A stretch of DNA of 62,268 bases, counting the filler. It is 7 parts of 7 records of this genome, joined end to end, with 100 filler letters (N's around TTAATTAATTAA, not from the genome) between each part and the next. Parts side by side here need not be neighbours in the genome. Positions count along the whole stretch, not along the records: positions 13,887 to 27,260 come from SRR31156797_27799; positions 27,361 to 33,503 come from SRR31156797_27806; 5 more parts are not named here. The stretch is one strand, 5' to 3'. The position numbers were made by a program, and so were the translations under genes. The notes under the pieces are model-generated. The model saw only the letters and a list, made by a program, of their open reading frames with translations. It had not been told where the DNA came from and searched no databases. Position 1 is the stretch's first letter; every line of letters starts with the position of its first letter. Shown in pieces: positions 19,650-29,376 of this stretch.

Positions 19650-20119
19650 TTACTTCTGACTTTCAATATTCGGTCCGTGATTTTATCGCAGGCTCTGTCG
19701 ATCATATCAAAAACGATTTCGAAACCATTTTTTCCGCCAAAATAGGGATCGGGAACACCAATGTTTTCACCTGGCATCGCTTCATTCATGAGCATTCTGA
19801 CCTTTTCACGGTCAGCTTCATTCCTGGCTAGTTTCAGTATGTTTTTATAGTTGCTTGAGTCCATGGCATAAATCAGGTCGTACTCATCAAAATCACGGGT
19901 GTGAAATTGCCTGGCAGTATGGCTATAAATATCGATATTGTTTCGTTTTGCAATGTCAACCGATCGGGGGTCGGCCCCTTCACCCACGTGATAATTTCCG
20001 GTTCCTGCCGAATCAACCTGAGCGTCAAGGCCGAGTTTTTCAACTTTATCATGCAAAATGCCTTCTGCCAATGGGGAGCGGCAGATATTTCCGAGGCAAA
20101 CCATCAGTACTTTAGTCAT
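19646..20119 (-). CDS. Low-molecular-weight protein tyrosine phosphatase
   Basis: VCLGNICRSP and DPY motifs; start reassigned to ATG 20119. Confidence 0.93.
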   Translation of the reverse strand: MTKVLMVCLGNICRSPLAEGILHDKVEKLGLDAQVDSAGTGNYHVGEGADPRSVDIAKRNNIDIYSHTARQFHTRDFDEYDLIYAMDSSNYKNILKLARNEADREKVRMLMNEAMPGENIGVPDPYFGGKNGFEIVFDMIDRACDKITDRILKVRSK

Positions 20120-20165
20120 AGTAAAAGGAAGAAAAGTTTGTGATAAAATTTTTGGATTATGCTGC

Positions 20166-21614
20166 TTATAGCTTAATCTTTTTGTCGAGGTCTTCAACAT
20201 ATCCCTTAAACACCTTATCGGTATCGCGGAGGTTTTTAACCGTTTTGCAGGCATGCAGCACAGTGGCGTGATCTTTATTTCCACATTGCAACCCGATTTG
20301 CGTTAAAGAGGCTTTGGTGTGCTCCTTCGAAAAAAACATAGCCAGTTGGCGTGCCTGAACAATGTTTCGCTTTCTCGTTTTTGAGTTCATCTGATCGATG
20401 GTAAGCCCAAAATATTCTGAAACAATCTTCTGGATGTAGTCGATGGAAATTTCCTTGTTTGAGTTTTTTATAAAATTATCGACTATTTGTTTGGCCAGGT
20501 CGAGGGTTATCTCCTTTTTGTTCAGTGAAGCCTGTGCCAAAACAGAGATCATCGCGCCTTCAAGTTCGCGTATATTTGACGTAACACTGTAAGCCAGGTA
20601 TTCCACAACATTATCAGGCATCGTTATTCCGTCGTTATACAATCTTTTTTGCAGAATAGCAATCCGGGTTTCAAGATCGGGAGACTGTAGATCAGCAGTT
20701 AATCCCCACTTAAATCGTGAAAGAAGCCGGGCCTCCATGCCTTCAATTTCAACCGGTGGTTTATCAGAAGTAATCACCAACTGCTTTGAGTGCTGGTGAA
20801 GCTGATTAAAAATATGGAAAAATACGTCCTGTGTTTTTTCTTTTCCGGAGAGGAAATGAATATCGTCAATAATCAGTACATCAATCAGCTGGTAAAAATT
20901 GGTGAAATCGTTTTGATTGTTGTTTCTCACCGACTCAATGTATTGGGCAATGAACTGATCGGAAGTTACATAAAGTACAGTTTTTTCCGGGAATTTTTCC
21001 TTCACTTCCAGCCCGATGGCATGTGCGAGGTGCGATTTACCCAGGCCCACCCTGCTGTAGAGGAAAAGTGGATTGAATGCTGTTTTGCCCGGATTTTTTG
21101 CGATGGCCAGGCCGGCAGAACGTGCCAGGCGATTACAGTCGCCCTCGATAAAGTTATCAAAAGAATATCGTTCGACCAGTTGGGAATTCACTTTTACTTT
21201 TTGGATTCCTGGGATAACAAAAGGATCCGGGATTTCTTTTGATGTTGTTTTGATGTTAAACGGCATGTTAACATCAGGATTGATTGTTGCCTTGCGTTTT
21301 GATGTAGGCACAACCACCGAAATAGGATCCTGTTGACGGTTATAGGAATTATCCATAACGATGCTATACTCAAGCCGTCCATTAACACCAAGCTCTTTTT
21401 TTATCGTTCTTCTGAGCAGGCCAATGTAATGTTCCTCCAACCATTCGTAAAAGAATTGACTCGGTACCTGGATGGTTAAAACATCATCAGATAGCCTGAC
21501 AGGTTTGATGGGTTCAAACCACGTCTTAAAACTCTGACCATTAATGTTATCCTTGATAATTTTTAAGCAATTATCCCAGACTTTTTTGGCAATATCGTCA
21601 TTATTATGAACCAC
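20166..21614 (-). CDS. dnaA: Chromosomal replication initiator
   Basis: SFKTWF, FNPLFLY..VGLGKSHL, LIIDDIHF, NIRELEG, ARQLAM and DHATVLHA motifs. Confidence 0.98.
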   Translation of the reverse strand: MVHNNDDIAKKVWDNCLKIIKDNINGQSFKTWFEPIKPVRLSDDVLTIQVPSQFFYEWLEEHYIGLLRRTIKKELGVNGRLEYSIVMDNSYNRQQDPISVVVPTSKRKATINPDVNMPFNIKTTSKEIPDPFVIPGIQKVKVNSQLVERYSFDNFIEGDCNRLARSAGLAIAKNPGKTAFNPLFLYSRVGLGKSHLAHAIGLEVKEKFPEKTVLYVTSDQFIAQYIESVRNNNQNDFTNFYQLIDVLIIDDIHFLSGKEKTQDVFFHIFNQLHQHSKQLVITSDKPPVEIEGMEARLLSRFKWGLTADLQSPDLETRIAILQKRLYNDGITMPDNVVEYLAYSVTSNIRELEGAMISVLAQASLNKKEITLDLAKQIVDNFIKNSNKEISIDYIQKIVSEYFGLTIDQMNSKTRKRNIVQARQLAMFFSKEHTKASLTQIGLQCGNKDHATVLHACKTVKNLRDTDKVFKGYVEDLDKKIKL

Positions 21615-22113
21615 GTTTATAGCTCTTTATCAATTAGTTATACAAATGTCTTTCCTTTGAAGTGGATTAGGGAAGTGTGTAATCCTTAAAATATCTCCGC
21701 AAATTGTTTACAAATGTGCGTTAAAAAAATCTTGAAAAAAAAATTTTTTGCACTTGTATTTTATCAAAATTATCTTATAGTCTGAAAATGGAATTGAATC
21801 ACTATCTGACACAAAATATTTATTTTGAACAGATTACTTTTGCCTGCAAAGTATCGAAATATGTTAGATTATACTATCTTATTTTCCTTTACTATACTTT
21901 GTTGAATTCAAGTGATCGGGTACCTAAAAAACACTTTCACTCTCATCACTGTGCAGCCGTTAAAAGTACATTTATTAAACTGAATCAGCCGGTGGTTAAA
22001 CTTAAAAAAGCTTAATGCAATTGATAGTACGAGTTGTACTCCATTTGATGGTGATCAGGCCATCATATGTTGTCAGGATTAATACTAATTTTACGGGCAT
22101 AATACGATAACCT

Positions 22114-24123
22114 ATGGATCTATTTATACTCAAGGATATTACCATAATTTTTGGAATTGCTGTCGGTGTTGTTTTTGTCTGTCAGCAACTTAAAATACCG
22201 CCCATCATTGGGTATTTGCTTACCGGCGTGCTTGCAGGGCCTAATGGATTTTCATTAATCAGCGGAGTTCACGAGGTAGAAATTCTTGCGGAGGTGGGTG
22301 TGATTTTGCTGCTTTTCACCATTGGTATTGAATTTTCACTTAAGAACCTGGTAAAGATCAGGAATACGCTGCTAATAGGTGGCGGTGTTCAGGTGTTTTT
22401 AACCATCGGTGCTTTTTATCTCATCACCAGAATGGACATCATTGGTGTACAGGATGGGAATTCCATGAATGAAGCAGTTTTTATGGGTTTTTTGATTGCC
22501 TTGAGTTCAACGGCTATCGTGCTCAAACTGCTTCAGGAACGGGGTGAATTTGTCAGTCCTCATGGAAGGACTATTCTGGGCATATTGATTTTCCAGGATA
22601 TTGTGATCGTACCCATGATATTGGTGCTTCCATTCCTTGCTGGAGTTTCTGTTGAAGGTGGTGATGGCATTTGGGAGATACTGATCAAAGTTGTGGCGGT
22701 TATACTTTTGGTTTTTATTGGGGCCAAATATGTGGTTCCCAAGTTGCTTTACCAGGTTGCGAAAACCAAGAGCCGGGAGTTGTTTTTGTTGACGATTATC
22801 GTGATTGCCCTTGCTGTGGCATACCTTACATATATGGCCGGGTTGTCGCTGGCATTGGGCGCATTTCTGGCCGGCCTGATTGTTTCAGAATCCGATTACA
22901 GCCAGCAGGCCTTTGGAAACGTTGTGCCATTTCTGGATGTTTTTACCAGCTTCTTTTTTGTTTCGATAGGAATGCTGCTTGATGTGGAATTTTTATTGTC
23001 CAAACCTGTGATGATTCTGATTGTGACATTGGGAGTAATCCTTATCAAAACCATTATTGCAACGACAGCTGGTTTTGCACTCGGGTTTCCATTACGAACC
23101 TCCCTGCTGGTGGGATTTACTTTGGCGCAAGTGGGTGAATTCTCGTTTATTTTGTCCAAAAAAGGCCAGGAGTTGGGTTTATTGTCTGATGGTAATTATC
23201 AGTTGTTCCTGGATGTTTCTGTACTTTCTATGGCAGCTACTCCATTTATTATTGCCGCGGCTCCCAAATTTGCCGATTTCCTTTTGAAGTTGCCCTTACC
23301 AGGTAAAATAAAATCCGGCTTGAGGCCTGGCTCAGGAGAAGATGAGAATATTGCGGGAATAAAGGATCACCTGATTATAATTGGGTATGGGATCAATGGG
23401 AGAAATGTTTCGAAAGCTGCAAAATTTGCAAGCATACCATATGAGGTTATCGATCTCAATGCCGAAACGGTCCGCGTAGAAAAGAAAAAAGGTGAGCCCA
23501 TATTTTTCGGTGATGCCACCCAGGAGGTAGTGCTTGAGCATGCTTCCATCCGCGAAGCTATGGTGCTTGTGATAACCCTGCCCGGTTCGGCTGAAGTGCG
23601 TAGAATTACCCAAACGGCACGTAAAATGAATCCACATCTCCATATTATTATTCGCACACGTTTTGTAAATGATATGCAGGATCTTTTTAAACTGGGAGCG
23701 GATGAGGTGATTCCGGAGGAGTTTGAAACTTCAGTTGAAATTTTTACCCGGGTTCTGGCCAAATATCTCATACCAAGAGAAGAAATTGAAAACCTGGTGT
23801 CACAGGTTCGTTCCGATGGCTATGAAATGTTCAGGAGTCTCTCAATAGGGGATGGGAATTACGGTAAGCTCGCTGTAAAAGTTCCTGAAATTAACATCAA
23901 CACCATGCATGTGTGCAGCGATGCTGTAATAAATGGCAAGTCGTCAGCTGAAATGGCTTTCGAAAATAATTATGGAGTAACCCTTTTGGCGGTAAGTCGT
24001 GAAAATCAGACATTTCCTAAGCCTTCTCAGGATTTTAAGTTTCAGGAAAACGATATTTTATTTTTCCTGGCTTCACCTGAAAAGCTCACCAAAATATCCG
24101 ATTTGTTTACTTCTCCCGGGTAG
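22114..24123 (+). CDS. CPA2-family cation:proton antiporter with TrkA-N/TrkA-C domains (Kef-like)
   Basis: ALSSTAIV, LIFQDI, LAQVGEFSF, IIIGYG and FFGDAT motifs. Confidence 0.93.
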   Translation: MDLFILKDITIIFGIAVGVVFVCQQLKIPPIIGYLLTGVLAGPNGFSLISGVHEVEILAEVGVILLLFTIGIEFSLKNLVKIRNTLLIGGGVQVFLTIGAFYLITRMDIIGVQDGNSMNEAVFMGFLIALSSTAIVLKLLQERGEFVSPHGRTILGILIFQDIVIVPMILVLPFLAGVSVEGGDGIWEILIKVVAVILLVFIGAKYVVPKLLYQVAKTKSRELFLLTIIVIALAVAYLTYMAGLSLALGAFLAGLIVSESDYSQQAFGNVVPFLDVFTSFFFVSIGMLLDVEFLLSKPVMILIVTLGVILIKTIIATTAGFALGFPLRTSLLVGFTLAQVGEFSFILSKKGQELGLLSDGNYQLFLDVSVLSMAATPFIIAAAPKFADFLLKLPLPGKIKSGLRPGSGEDENIAGIKDHLIIIGYGINGRNVSKAAKFASIPYEVIDLNAETVRVEKKKGEPIFFGDATQEVVLEHASIREAMVLVITLPGSAEVRRITQTARKMNPHLHIIIRTRFVNDMQDLFKLGADEVIPEEFETSVEIFTRVLAKYLIPREEIENLVSQVRSDGYEMFRSLSIGDGNYGKLAVKVPEININTMHVCSDAVINGKSSAEMAFENNYGVTLLAVSRENQTFPKPSQDFKFQENDILFFLASPEKLTKISDLFTSPG

Positions 24124-24295
24124 GGATATGATAAGACCGACCGATAAAAAACAGGGTATTAGGTATCGTCTAACATTTATTGGAATTTCATCAACAGAAT
24201 CCATGAAAAACCGGATACTTGTTGAAAGACTTAAACCGGATGATTTGAATGATTGCTTTCGGATGTAATTTCTCCACAAGACGCTCAGGTATGCA

Positions 24296-25606
24296 TCACC
24301 TCATGATGGTTATCGACCCCTGGAAAACATCAGTGCCAAAGTAGCCTTCGGCTTCCAGAATGTAAAAGTACACGCCCTCCCTTAGGTTTTCTCCATCCCA
24401 GTCGTTGTTGTAATCTTTTTTTGAATAAACTCTTTTGCCGTACCTGTTGTAGATTTTTACCTGATTGGTGATATAATGACTCAGCGAGTCAATTCTAAAA
24501 TATTGATTGAATGGGTCTCCGTTTGGTGTGATCACATTAGGAACAGAAAGTTCCAGTGGTTTGACATCTACCTGCATGGTCACTGAATCGATACATTCAT
24601 CATTGGTTGTATATTTTAGCCATACGTCATAAACCCTAACGGTATCAAAAACGATGTCCTGCGGAGCTTCCTGTTTTGAGTACTGCTTGTCATCACCAAA
24701 GTCCCAGTTAACATCGATGATCTGGATACTGTCAGCCGATTTGTTTTCATAAGAGAAGTCCACTACTGGATTTTTGATGAAGATGTTGTCCTCCGGGTCG
24801 CGGATTATCTCAACCTCCGGCATATCAAAGACCTCCACAGGTAGCATGGTGTCGCGCACACAGTTATACTGGTCGGTAACCTCAATCAGATAATCTGTTT
24901 CGCACAGTCCAAACACGATGGAATCGTACTGAACCGGCGTGGTAGTTGGCCAGATATAGGAATAGGGCGGCAACCCACCGCTGACAATAACCTGGAGCTG
25001 GCCTTTGCAGGTACCCGGACAGCCCATATTGATCTGATTGACTTCCTCAAAGTTCATCCGGGGGTAAAGCCATATCTGAACACTGTCAACACAGGTCATA
25101 ATGCCCAGACTATCCGTAATTGAAACATACACGGTTGTGGTATCGAGTCTTGGGATCACATCTACACAGGCCGCAGTGTCATATTCAATAAAAAGATCAG
25201 GGTCGTTGGAAGTCCAGTGGTACATCAGTGTGTCGGGTTCTACACAAAGCGTTACCGGATAAGTGTAGCACGTCTGGATTGTATCCACCATATCGATTGA
25301 GGCATTTTGAAAAAATACCCACGTCGAGTCTTCCACAACTTCCATCGATTCAAGTGTACACATCACAAAATACCAGCCGGTATCCTGCACCTGGATGGTT
25401 TGGGTTTGTTCGTCGGTACTCCAAAGATAACTCTGGAATCCTTCACCTGCATCAAGCAATGTGCTGTCAGCAAAGCAGGCCAGAGTTGTATCTGGCAGCT
25501 GTGGTTCTTGTGCCTCAACCTTCAAAAATGATGCTGTAAAAAGCAATAGCGAAACAATGGAAATAGCCCTAAATAATTTGATGACCTTATGTTTTTTGTT
25601 GTTCAT
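24296..25606 (-). CDS. T9SS cargo protein with SprB-like repeat, PKD-like domain and type-B (gliding motility-associated) CTD
   Basis: Signal peptide; C....GQLQVIVSGGLPPYSYIW; WDFGD; PNVITPNGD..N...IYNRYG...WDG...GVYFY. Confidence 0.9.
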   Translation of the reverse strand: MNNKKHKVIKLFRAISIVSLLLFTASFLKVEAQEPQLPDTTLACFADSTLLDAGEGFQSYLWSTDEQTQTIQVQDTGWYFVMCTLESMEVVEDSTWVFFQNASIDMVDTIQTCYTYPVTLCVEPDTLMYHWTSNDPDLFIEYDTAACVDVIPRLDTTTVYVSITDSLGIMTCVDSVQIWLYPRMNFEEVNQINMGCPGTCKGQLQVIVSGGLPPYSYIWPTTTPVQYDSIVFGLCETDYLIEVTDQYNCVRDTMLPVEVFDMPEVEIIRDPEDNIFIKNPVVDFSYENKSADSIQIIDVNWDFGDDKQYSKQEAPQDIVFDTVRVYDVWLKYTTNDECIDSVTMQVDVKPLELSVPNVITPNGDPFNQYFRIDSLSHYITNQVKIYNRYGKRVYSKKDYNNDWDGENLREGVYFYILEAEGYFGTDVFQGSITIMR

Positions 25607-25663
25607 TCGAAAATTTCAATTTCGGCTGCGAAAATATAGATAATTCATCAACCTGCTAAAGCT

Positions 25664-26038
25664 TTAATACATTCCGTGTGCAAGCATCATCAGGGTGCAG
25701 TTTTCCACCACATCTATCTGTTTTTCAGTTGCCAGTGCTTTCAGTTCATCGTTTTCCGCACCCGGATTCATAATCAGGCGTTTGGGTTTCAACTGATTTA
25801 TAATGTAATCGTAATAGGGTGGCTGATTTCGCGCTCCAATATAAAGTGTTACTGTGTGTACATTTTTAACCTGCGGAAATCCTGTTTGAATGGGTATAGT
25901 CCCTATTTTCTCCTCACGCAGCCCAATGGCTGTTACGTCGTGTCCAAATCTGTTCAGTTCCATAACAGCAGTGTACGAATACCTGAATGGCCGTGGGCTT
26001 GCACCAATAACAACTGATTTCTTTTTGCGATTATACAA
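25664..26038 (-). CDS. CoA-binding domain protein (YccU-like)
   Basis: VVIGASP...YS, HTVTLY, MNPGAEN and CTLMML motifs; probable TTG start at 26038. Confidence 0.85.
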   Translation of the reverse strand: MYNRKKKSVVIGASPRPFRYSYTAVMELNRFGHDVTAIGLREEKIGTIPIQTGFPQVKNVHTVTLYIGARNQPPYYDYIINQLKPKRLIMNPGAENDELKALATEKQIDVVENCTLMMLAHGMY

Positions 26039-26195
26039 GAATGATGTTTCCCTTTTCAATGCAAAGTTTAGCGATTTATTGCAGAAACCTGAAAAATTTT
26101 CAGATTTCATAAAATTCGAATTTACTGGTTTTGAGTGGCTAATAAATAATGGGGCAATTACCATGTCATAAAGTCATTGTAAATGAGGTGTTTAG

Positions 26196-26247
26196 CTGAC
26201 AAAATTTCAGGTGGTAGGCTCTTTTTTCCGGTGGCAGGCAAATTGAT
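26196..26247 (+). promoter_or_regulatory. Sigma54-like promoter variant with upstream imperfect palindrome, before clpB
   Basis: TGGCAGG-CAAA-TTGA (26232-46) has correct -24/-12 spacing but A replaces the -12 C; CTGAC-AAAAT-TTCAG at 26196-26210. Confidence 0.45.
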
Positions 26248-26285
26248 AGATGCAGACAGTAATAAAATATGAAAGGAATATAGAT

Positions 26286-27260
26286 ATGAATTTTAATAAT
26301 TTCACAATAAAAGCACAGGAGGCTGTTCAAAAGGCCCGGGAAATTGCACAGGGAAATCAGCACCCTCAAATTGAGATTGCCCACCTTTTAAAAGGTATCC
26401 TGGCTGCCGACGAAAATGTAATTCCATTTCTTTTGAAAAAGCTGGAAGTGGATATTGCAACTCTGCACACTGACCTTGAAAAGATATTAGGTGCTTTTCC
26501 GAAACAAACCGGCGGGCAGGTTTATTTGTCTGCTGATGCAAACACAGCATTGCAAAAGGCCATGTCGTTCCTCAAAGAATTTGGAGATGAATTCGTCTCT
26601 ATTGAGCATATTCTGCTGGGGATCATTTCAATTAAAGATAAAACATCTGCATTGCTTACGGAGAATGGTGTGAATCGAAAAAATCTGATCGAGGCTATTA
26701 AAGATTTACGAAAGGGAGAAAAAGTGAAAAGCCAGAATGCTGAAGATACCTACAATGCACTAAATCGCTATGCCCGAAATTTAAATGAACTGGCATCACA
26801 GGGGAAGCTCGATCCGGTGATTGGGCGCGATGAGGAAATCCGCCGTATTTTGCAGATTCTATCGCGAAGAACTAAAAACAACCCGATCCTGATCGGTGAG
26901 CCCGGTGTGGGTAAAACTGCCATTGCCGAGGGCATTGCTCACCGGATCATCAATGGGGATGTGCCGGAGAACCTCAAATCCAAGCAAATATTTTCGTTGG
27001 ATATGGGGGCATTGGTTGCCGGTGCAAAATATAAAGGTGAATTTGAAGAGCGCTTGAAAAGCGTTGTAAAAGAAGTTGTTGGCGCGGATGGAGAGATCAT
27101 TCTTTTTATTGATGAGATTCATACCCTGGTGGGAGCCGGTGCAGGTGAAGGTGCCATGGATGCTGCAAACATTCTTAAGCCTGCACTTGCCCGTGGTGAG
27201 CTGCGCGCCATTGGTGCAACCACACTCAAAGAATATCAAAAATATTTTGAAAAAGATAAA
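26286..27260 (+). CDS. clpB: Chaperone ClpB, 3' truncated
   Basis: Clp N-repeats, [23 protein letters not shown] and LFIDEIH motifs. Confidence 0.95.
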
Positions 27261-27360
27261 NNNNNNNNNNNNNNNNNNNNNNNNNNNNNNNNNNNNNNNN
27301 NNNNTTAATTAATTAANNNNNNNNNNNNNNNNNNNNNNNNNNNNNNNNNNNNNNNNNNNN
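27261..27360. other. Artificial contig linker
   Basis: N44-TTAATTAATTAA-N44. Confidence 0.98.
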
Positions 27361-28653
27361 GATACCAACGTGCTAATCCATCGTCCCGACGCCATCCTCT
27401 CCTTCAGAGACAGCGAGGTGGTCATACCCATATGGGTTCTGGAAGAGCTGGACAAACTGAAGGGCGAACATGAGGGCCGGGGCCGCAGCGCCCGGGCGGC
27501 GATCCGCTTTCTCAACGATGTGAGCCGTCACGGCAACCTTCAGCAGGGGGTCAAGCTCGAGTCCGGCGGCGTTCTGAAGGTGGAGCTGGAATACGACCGC
27601 TCGGTGGAGGAATCCCTGAGCTCTTCCAAGATGGACAACAAGATCATCCTCTGCGCCAAGTACCTGCAGCGCACCAGCCTTCACAGGAACAGCCCGAACG
27701 TCTTCTTCGTTTCCAAGGATATCAACGCCCGGATCAAGGCCATATCCATAGGCATCAAGGCGGTGGACTACGAGAAGCACAAGGTCAATATAAAATACCT
27801 CTACGACGGCTTCAGGGAGCTGCAGATCGACAAGGCCACCATGGATGCCCTCAGGGAGAACGGGGATGTCCCCATGCCCGAGGTGTCGGTCTATCCCAAC
27901 CAGTACCTCATCCTCAAGGAGAATCTGGATGACAAGGCCTTCCTGATCGCCCGCTGCGACGGACCCGAGCAGAAGCTCAGGCTGCTGGAGCCGGCCCTGG
28001 AGCCCATCCTGGGGATACGGCCCCTCAATCCCCAGCAGCGCATCGCCTTCGATCTTCTCATGAACGACGAGATCAAACTGGTCACCCTGATCGGCAAGGC
28101 GGGAACGGGCAAGACCCTTCTCTCCCTGGCCGCGGGGCTGCAGAACACCATGGAGGAGAAGAACTACGCCCGGGTCCTCCTGAGCCGGCCCGTCATCCCC
28201 ATGGGGAAGGACATCGGATACCTGCCGGGGGCCAAGAACCAGAAGATGAGCCACTGGATGCAGCCCCTGTTCGACAACCTGGAGTACATCATCGACGTGG
28301 CCCACAAACAGAACCTCAAGAGCATCGACCAGGTGCTGAACAACAAGATCATCGAGATAGAGGCCCTGACCTATATCAGGGGCCGGTCCCTGCCCAAGCA
28401 GTACATCATCATCGACGAGGCCCAGAACCTCAGCCCCCACGAGGTGAAGACCATCGTCAGCCGGGCAGGGGAGGGCACCAAGGTGGTGATCACCGGGGAT
28501 CCCCATCAGATCGACAATCCCTATCTCGATGCCGAATCCAACGGGCTGACCTGCCTGGTCGAGGCCTTCCGGGACGTGGACATCGCCGGTCACGTGACCC
28601 TGGGGCACTCGGAGAGAAGCCCCCTGGCCGAACTGGCGTCGGAGCTGCTGTAG
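27361..28653 (+). CDS. PIN-PhoH (PhoH2) family protein, 5' truncated by a few codons
   Basis: DTNVL PIN start, VLEELD, SKDINARIKA, GKAGTGKT, YIRGRS and DEAQN motifs. Confidence 0.95.
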   Translation, partial: DTNVLIHRPDAILSFRDSEVVIPIWVLEELDKLKGEHEGRGRSARAAIRFLNDVSRHGNLQQGVKLESGGVLKVELEYDRSVEESLSSSKMDNKIILCAKYLQRTSLHRNSPNVFFVSKDINARIKAISIGIKAVDYEKHKVNIKYLYDGFRELQIDKATMDALRENGDVPMPEVSVYPNQYLILKENLDDKAFLIARCDGPEQKLRLLEPALEPILGIRPLNPQQRIAFDLLMNDEIKLVTLIGKAGTGKTLLSLAAGLQNTMEEKNYARVLLSRPVIPMGKDIGYLPGAKNQKMSHWMQPLFDNLEYIIDVAHKQNLKSIDQVLNNKIIEIEALTYIRGRSLPKQYIIIDEAQNLSPHEVKTIVSRAGEGTKVVITGDPHQIDNPYLDAESNGLTCLVEAFRDVDIAGHVTLGHSERSPLAELASELL

Positions 28654-28980
28654 ATGGCAAATTACAGCAAAAAGGTTCAGACCGAGCTCACGCGCCTGAG
28701 AAGGCAGGCCTTCAAGGCGGCCCAGGATCAGGAGCTGGAGGCCCTGGGCAAGGAGTTCGACCGCTGGAGGAAGAACAGGATCAGCTCGGATACCCTGGAG
28801 AAGGCCATCGACGGGCACAAAGGCTTTAAAAAGGAGATGCTGGAAAAGCTCTACAGGGAGGACGGCGATCCGGGAATCCCCGTGGCCGACGCCCTGATGC
28901 GGGGCATACTGAAAAGGGAAGATTTAACGAAGGAAGCTTATAATTCTATTGAGATTTTGATCGATCTGGTTAATATTTAA
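28654..28980 (+). CDS. Hypothetical protein
   Basis: 108-aa ORF abutting the PhoH stop; coding-like codon usage. Confidence 0.75.
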   Translation: MANYSKKVQTELTRLRRQAFKAAQDQELEALGKEFDRWRKNRISSDTLEKAIDGHKGFKKEMLEKLYREDGDPGIPVADALMRGILKREDLTKEAYNSIEILIDLVNI

Positions 28981-29053
28981 AGTAGCAGCGGTCGGAAAAC
29001 CATCGCGTTTTCTCAGGCCCGTCGGGTATTCATTCCCCCTCGAAGGAGTGTCT

Positions 29054-29296
29054 ATGGATGAGGTAAAATTCTGTTCTTATTGCGGTAAATTAACCAGTTC
29101 CTCCTACAGCTTCTGCCCCTGGTGCGGAAAAAGCCTCCAGGTGAAAACCGATCTGAGCGAGGTCCTCAACAAATCCATGGACAAGCTGGAGAAGATCCAG
29201 TTGGAAGAAAGGCTGAACGAGCTGGAGAAGCTGGAAAGCTGCCTGGAGCATCTGGAAGAGGAGATCGACGCCTTCATCTCCAAGGCCTCCTCCTGA
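29054..29296 (+). CDS. Small zinc-ribbon plus coiled-coil protein
   Basis: CSYC...CPWCG then an E/L-rich helix; AAGGAG RBS before ATG 29054. Confidence 0.8.
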   Translation: MDEVKFCSYCGKLTSSSYSFCPWCGKSLQVKTDLSEVLNKSMDKLEKIQLEERLNELEKLESCLEHLEEEIDAFISKASS

Positions 29297-29376
29297 GCGC
29301 TTTCATCCGTCTGATCGGGGCATTCCCCTTTTATCTTATAATCTTATTCCTTCGGTCATCCGATAATAAATGAGAT

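Noticed and set aside
21615-22113. oriC upstream of dnaA
   Set aside because: AT-rich, but I found no cluster of TTATCCACA-type boxes and dnaN is not adjacent.
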